Shown here piece by piece: positions 63,568 through 64,000 of a stretch of 64,000 nucleotides of DNA. The DNA is from an uncultured Clostridia bacterium (GTDB lineage: Bacteria; Bacillota; Clostridia; TANB77; CAG-508): contig CAJFLB010000011.1 in the NCBI GenBank assembly GCA_904387305.1, forward strand, positions 10,156 to 74,155, written 5' to 3'. The position numbers were made by a program, and so were the translations under genes. Every line of letters begins with the position of its first letter. The first letter of the stretch is position 1. The notes beneath the pieces are model-generated. The model saw only the letters and a list, made by a program, of their open reading frames with translations, made no database searches and had not been told where the DNA came from.

Positions 63568-64000
63568 ATGAGACAGAAAATAAAATATATATTAGCAATC
63601 TTTATTTTTAGTATCATTATTATGCTAATAGATGTACATAATGGATATATTAAAGGACATGATACGGACTTTCATTTATCAACGATAACAGCGATTGTAG
63701 ACCAATTATCTTGGAATAACTTAACAGTACAAGAACCCTTAAAATATATAGGAAATGATTTAGGATATGGAACAAGATTTTTCTATCCTCCAATTCCACA
63801 TTTGACGGCAGCCTATATCACAAAAATATTAAGTATTTTTCATATTGGTAATGTTGCTATTGGAATGCGTATCACGCAATGGTTAACTTTTTTTGCTTCA
63901 GGTGTTACCTTTTATCTGTTAGGAGAGAAAATTTTCAAGAGCAAAAAAATAGCGATGCTATTATCTCTATTTTATATGGCAGCACCATATCATTTAGCAG
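63568..64000 (+). CDS. polytopic membrane protein, 3'-truncated at window edge (glycosyltransferase-39/YfhO-like topology)
   Basis: ATG at 63568 after AAAGGTGAG. MRQKIKYILAIFIFSIIIMLIDVHNGYIKGHDTDFHLS ... the frame runs to the end of the window. Not in the ORF track. Confidence 0.45.
   Translation, partial: MRQKIKYILAIFIFSIIIMLIDVHNGYIKGHDTDFHLSTITAIVDQLSWNNLTVQEPLKYIGNDLGYGTRFFYPPIPHLTAAYITKILSIFHIGNVAIGMRITQWLTFFASGVTFYLLGEKIFKSKKIAMLLSLFYMAAPYHLA

Noticed and set aside
1-64000. CRISPR arrays, rRNA genes, IS transposases, integrases, prophage structural genes
   Set aside because: I scanned for regularly spaced direct repeats, rRNA-like G+C-rich stretches and transposase or integrase motifs. 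None was found. All repeats seen are palindromic hairpin elements without coding capacity.

Overview
This is a very AT-rich chromosomal window from a spore-forming Firmicute (Clostridia-like). Sporulation genes present are yqfC, yqfD, bofA, yaaL, a BofC-like gene and pdaA. Most of the window is housekeeping: rluB, an NitT/TauT-type ABC importer, an NlpC/P60 hydrolase, comEC, pgsA, a ClpE-like ATPase, htrA, rnhB, pdp, cdaA, truA, glmS with its ribozyme, hpt, uvrC, two more pseudouridine/methyl-transferases, an agrBD plus convergent agrCA-like quorum-sensing locus, ybeY, ylbF, tetR-fadD and two tRNAs.

Observations worth a second look:
1. A three-gene module (HipA_C/PI3-4-kinase-like paralogue, HipS-like small protein, kinase) sits on a 3.2-kb insert that separates the ABC ATPase/permease genes from their binding-protein gene.
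2. A tRNA-Tyr(GUA) gene is interrupted in the anticodon loop by a 229-nt group I intron with recognisable P/Q/R/S core elements. A free-standing PD-(D/E)XK endonuclease gene lies immediately downstream.
3. Two G+C-rich structured-RNA islands of unknown class. One carries a 44-codon ORF with atypical codon usage and mutually exclusive terminator/anti-terminator pairings.
4. An orphan membrane-anchored TraD/VirD4-like ATPase with no other conjugation genes.
5. At least three families of long imperfect palindromic (MITE-like) intergenic repeats.
6. An apparent 3' frameshift in comEC, and a hicA toxin gene lacking a canonical start codon next to an intact hicB.
7. An Asn/Cys-rich repeat membrane protein, a 969-aa helical-repeat protein, and G+C-rich small membrane proteins with strong promoters.

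No CRISPR array, rRNA, transposase or integrase was seen. All family assignments come from motif reading by eye; no database search was run.
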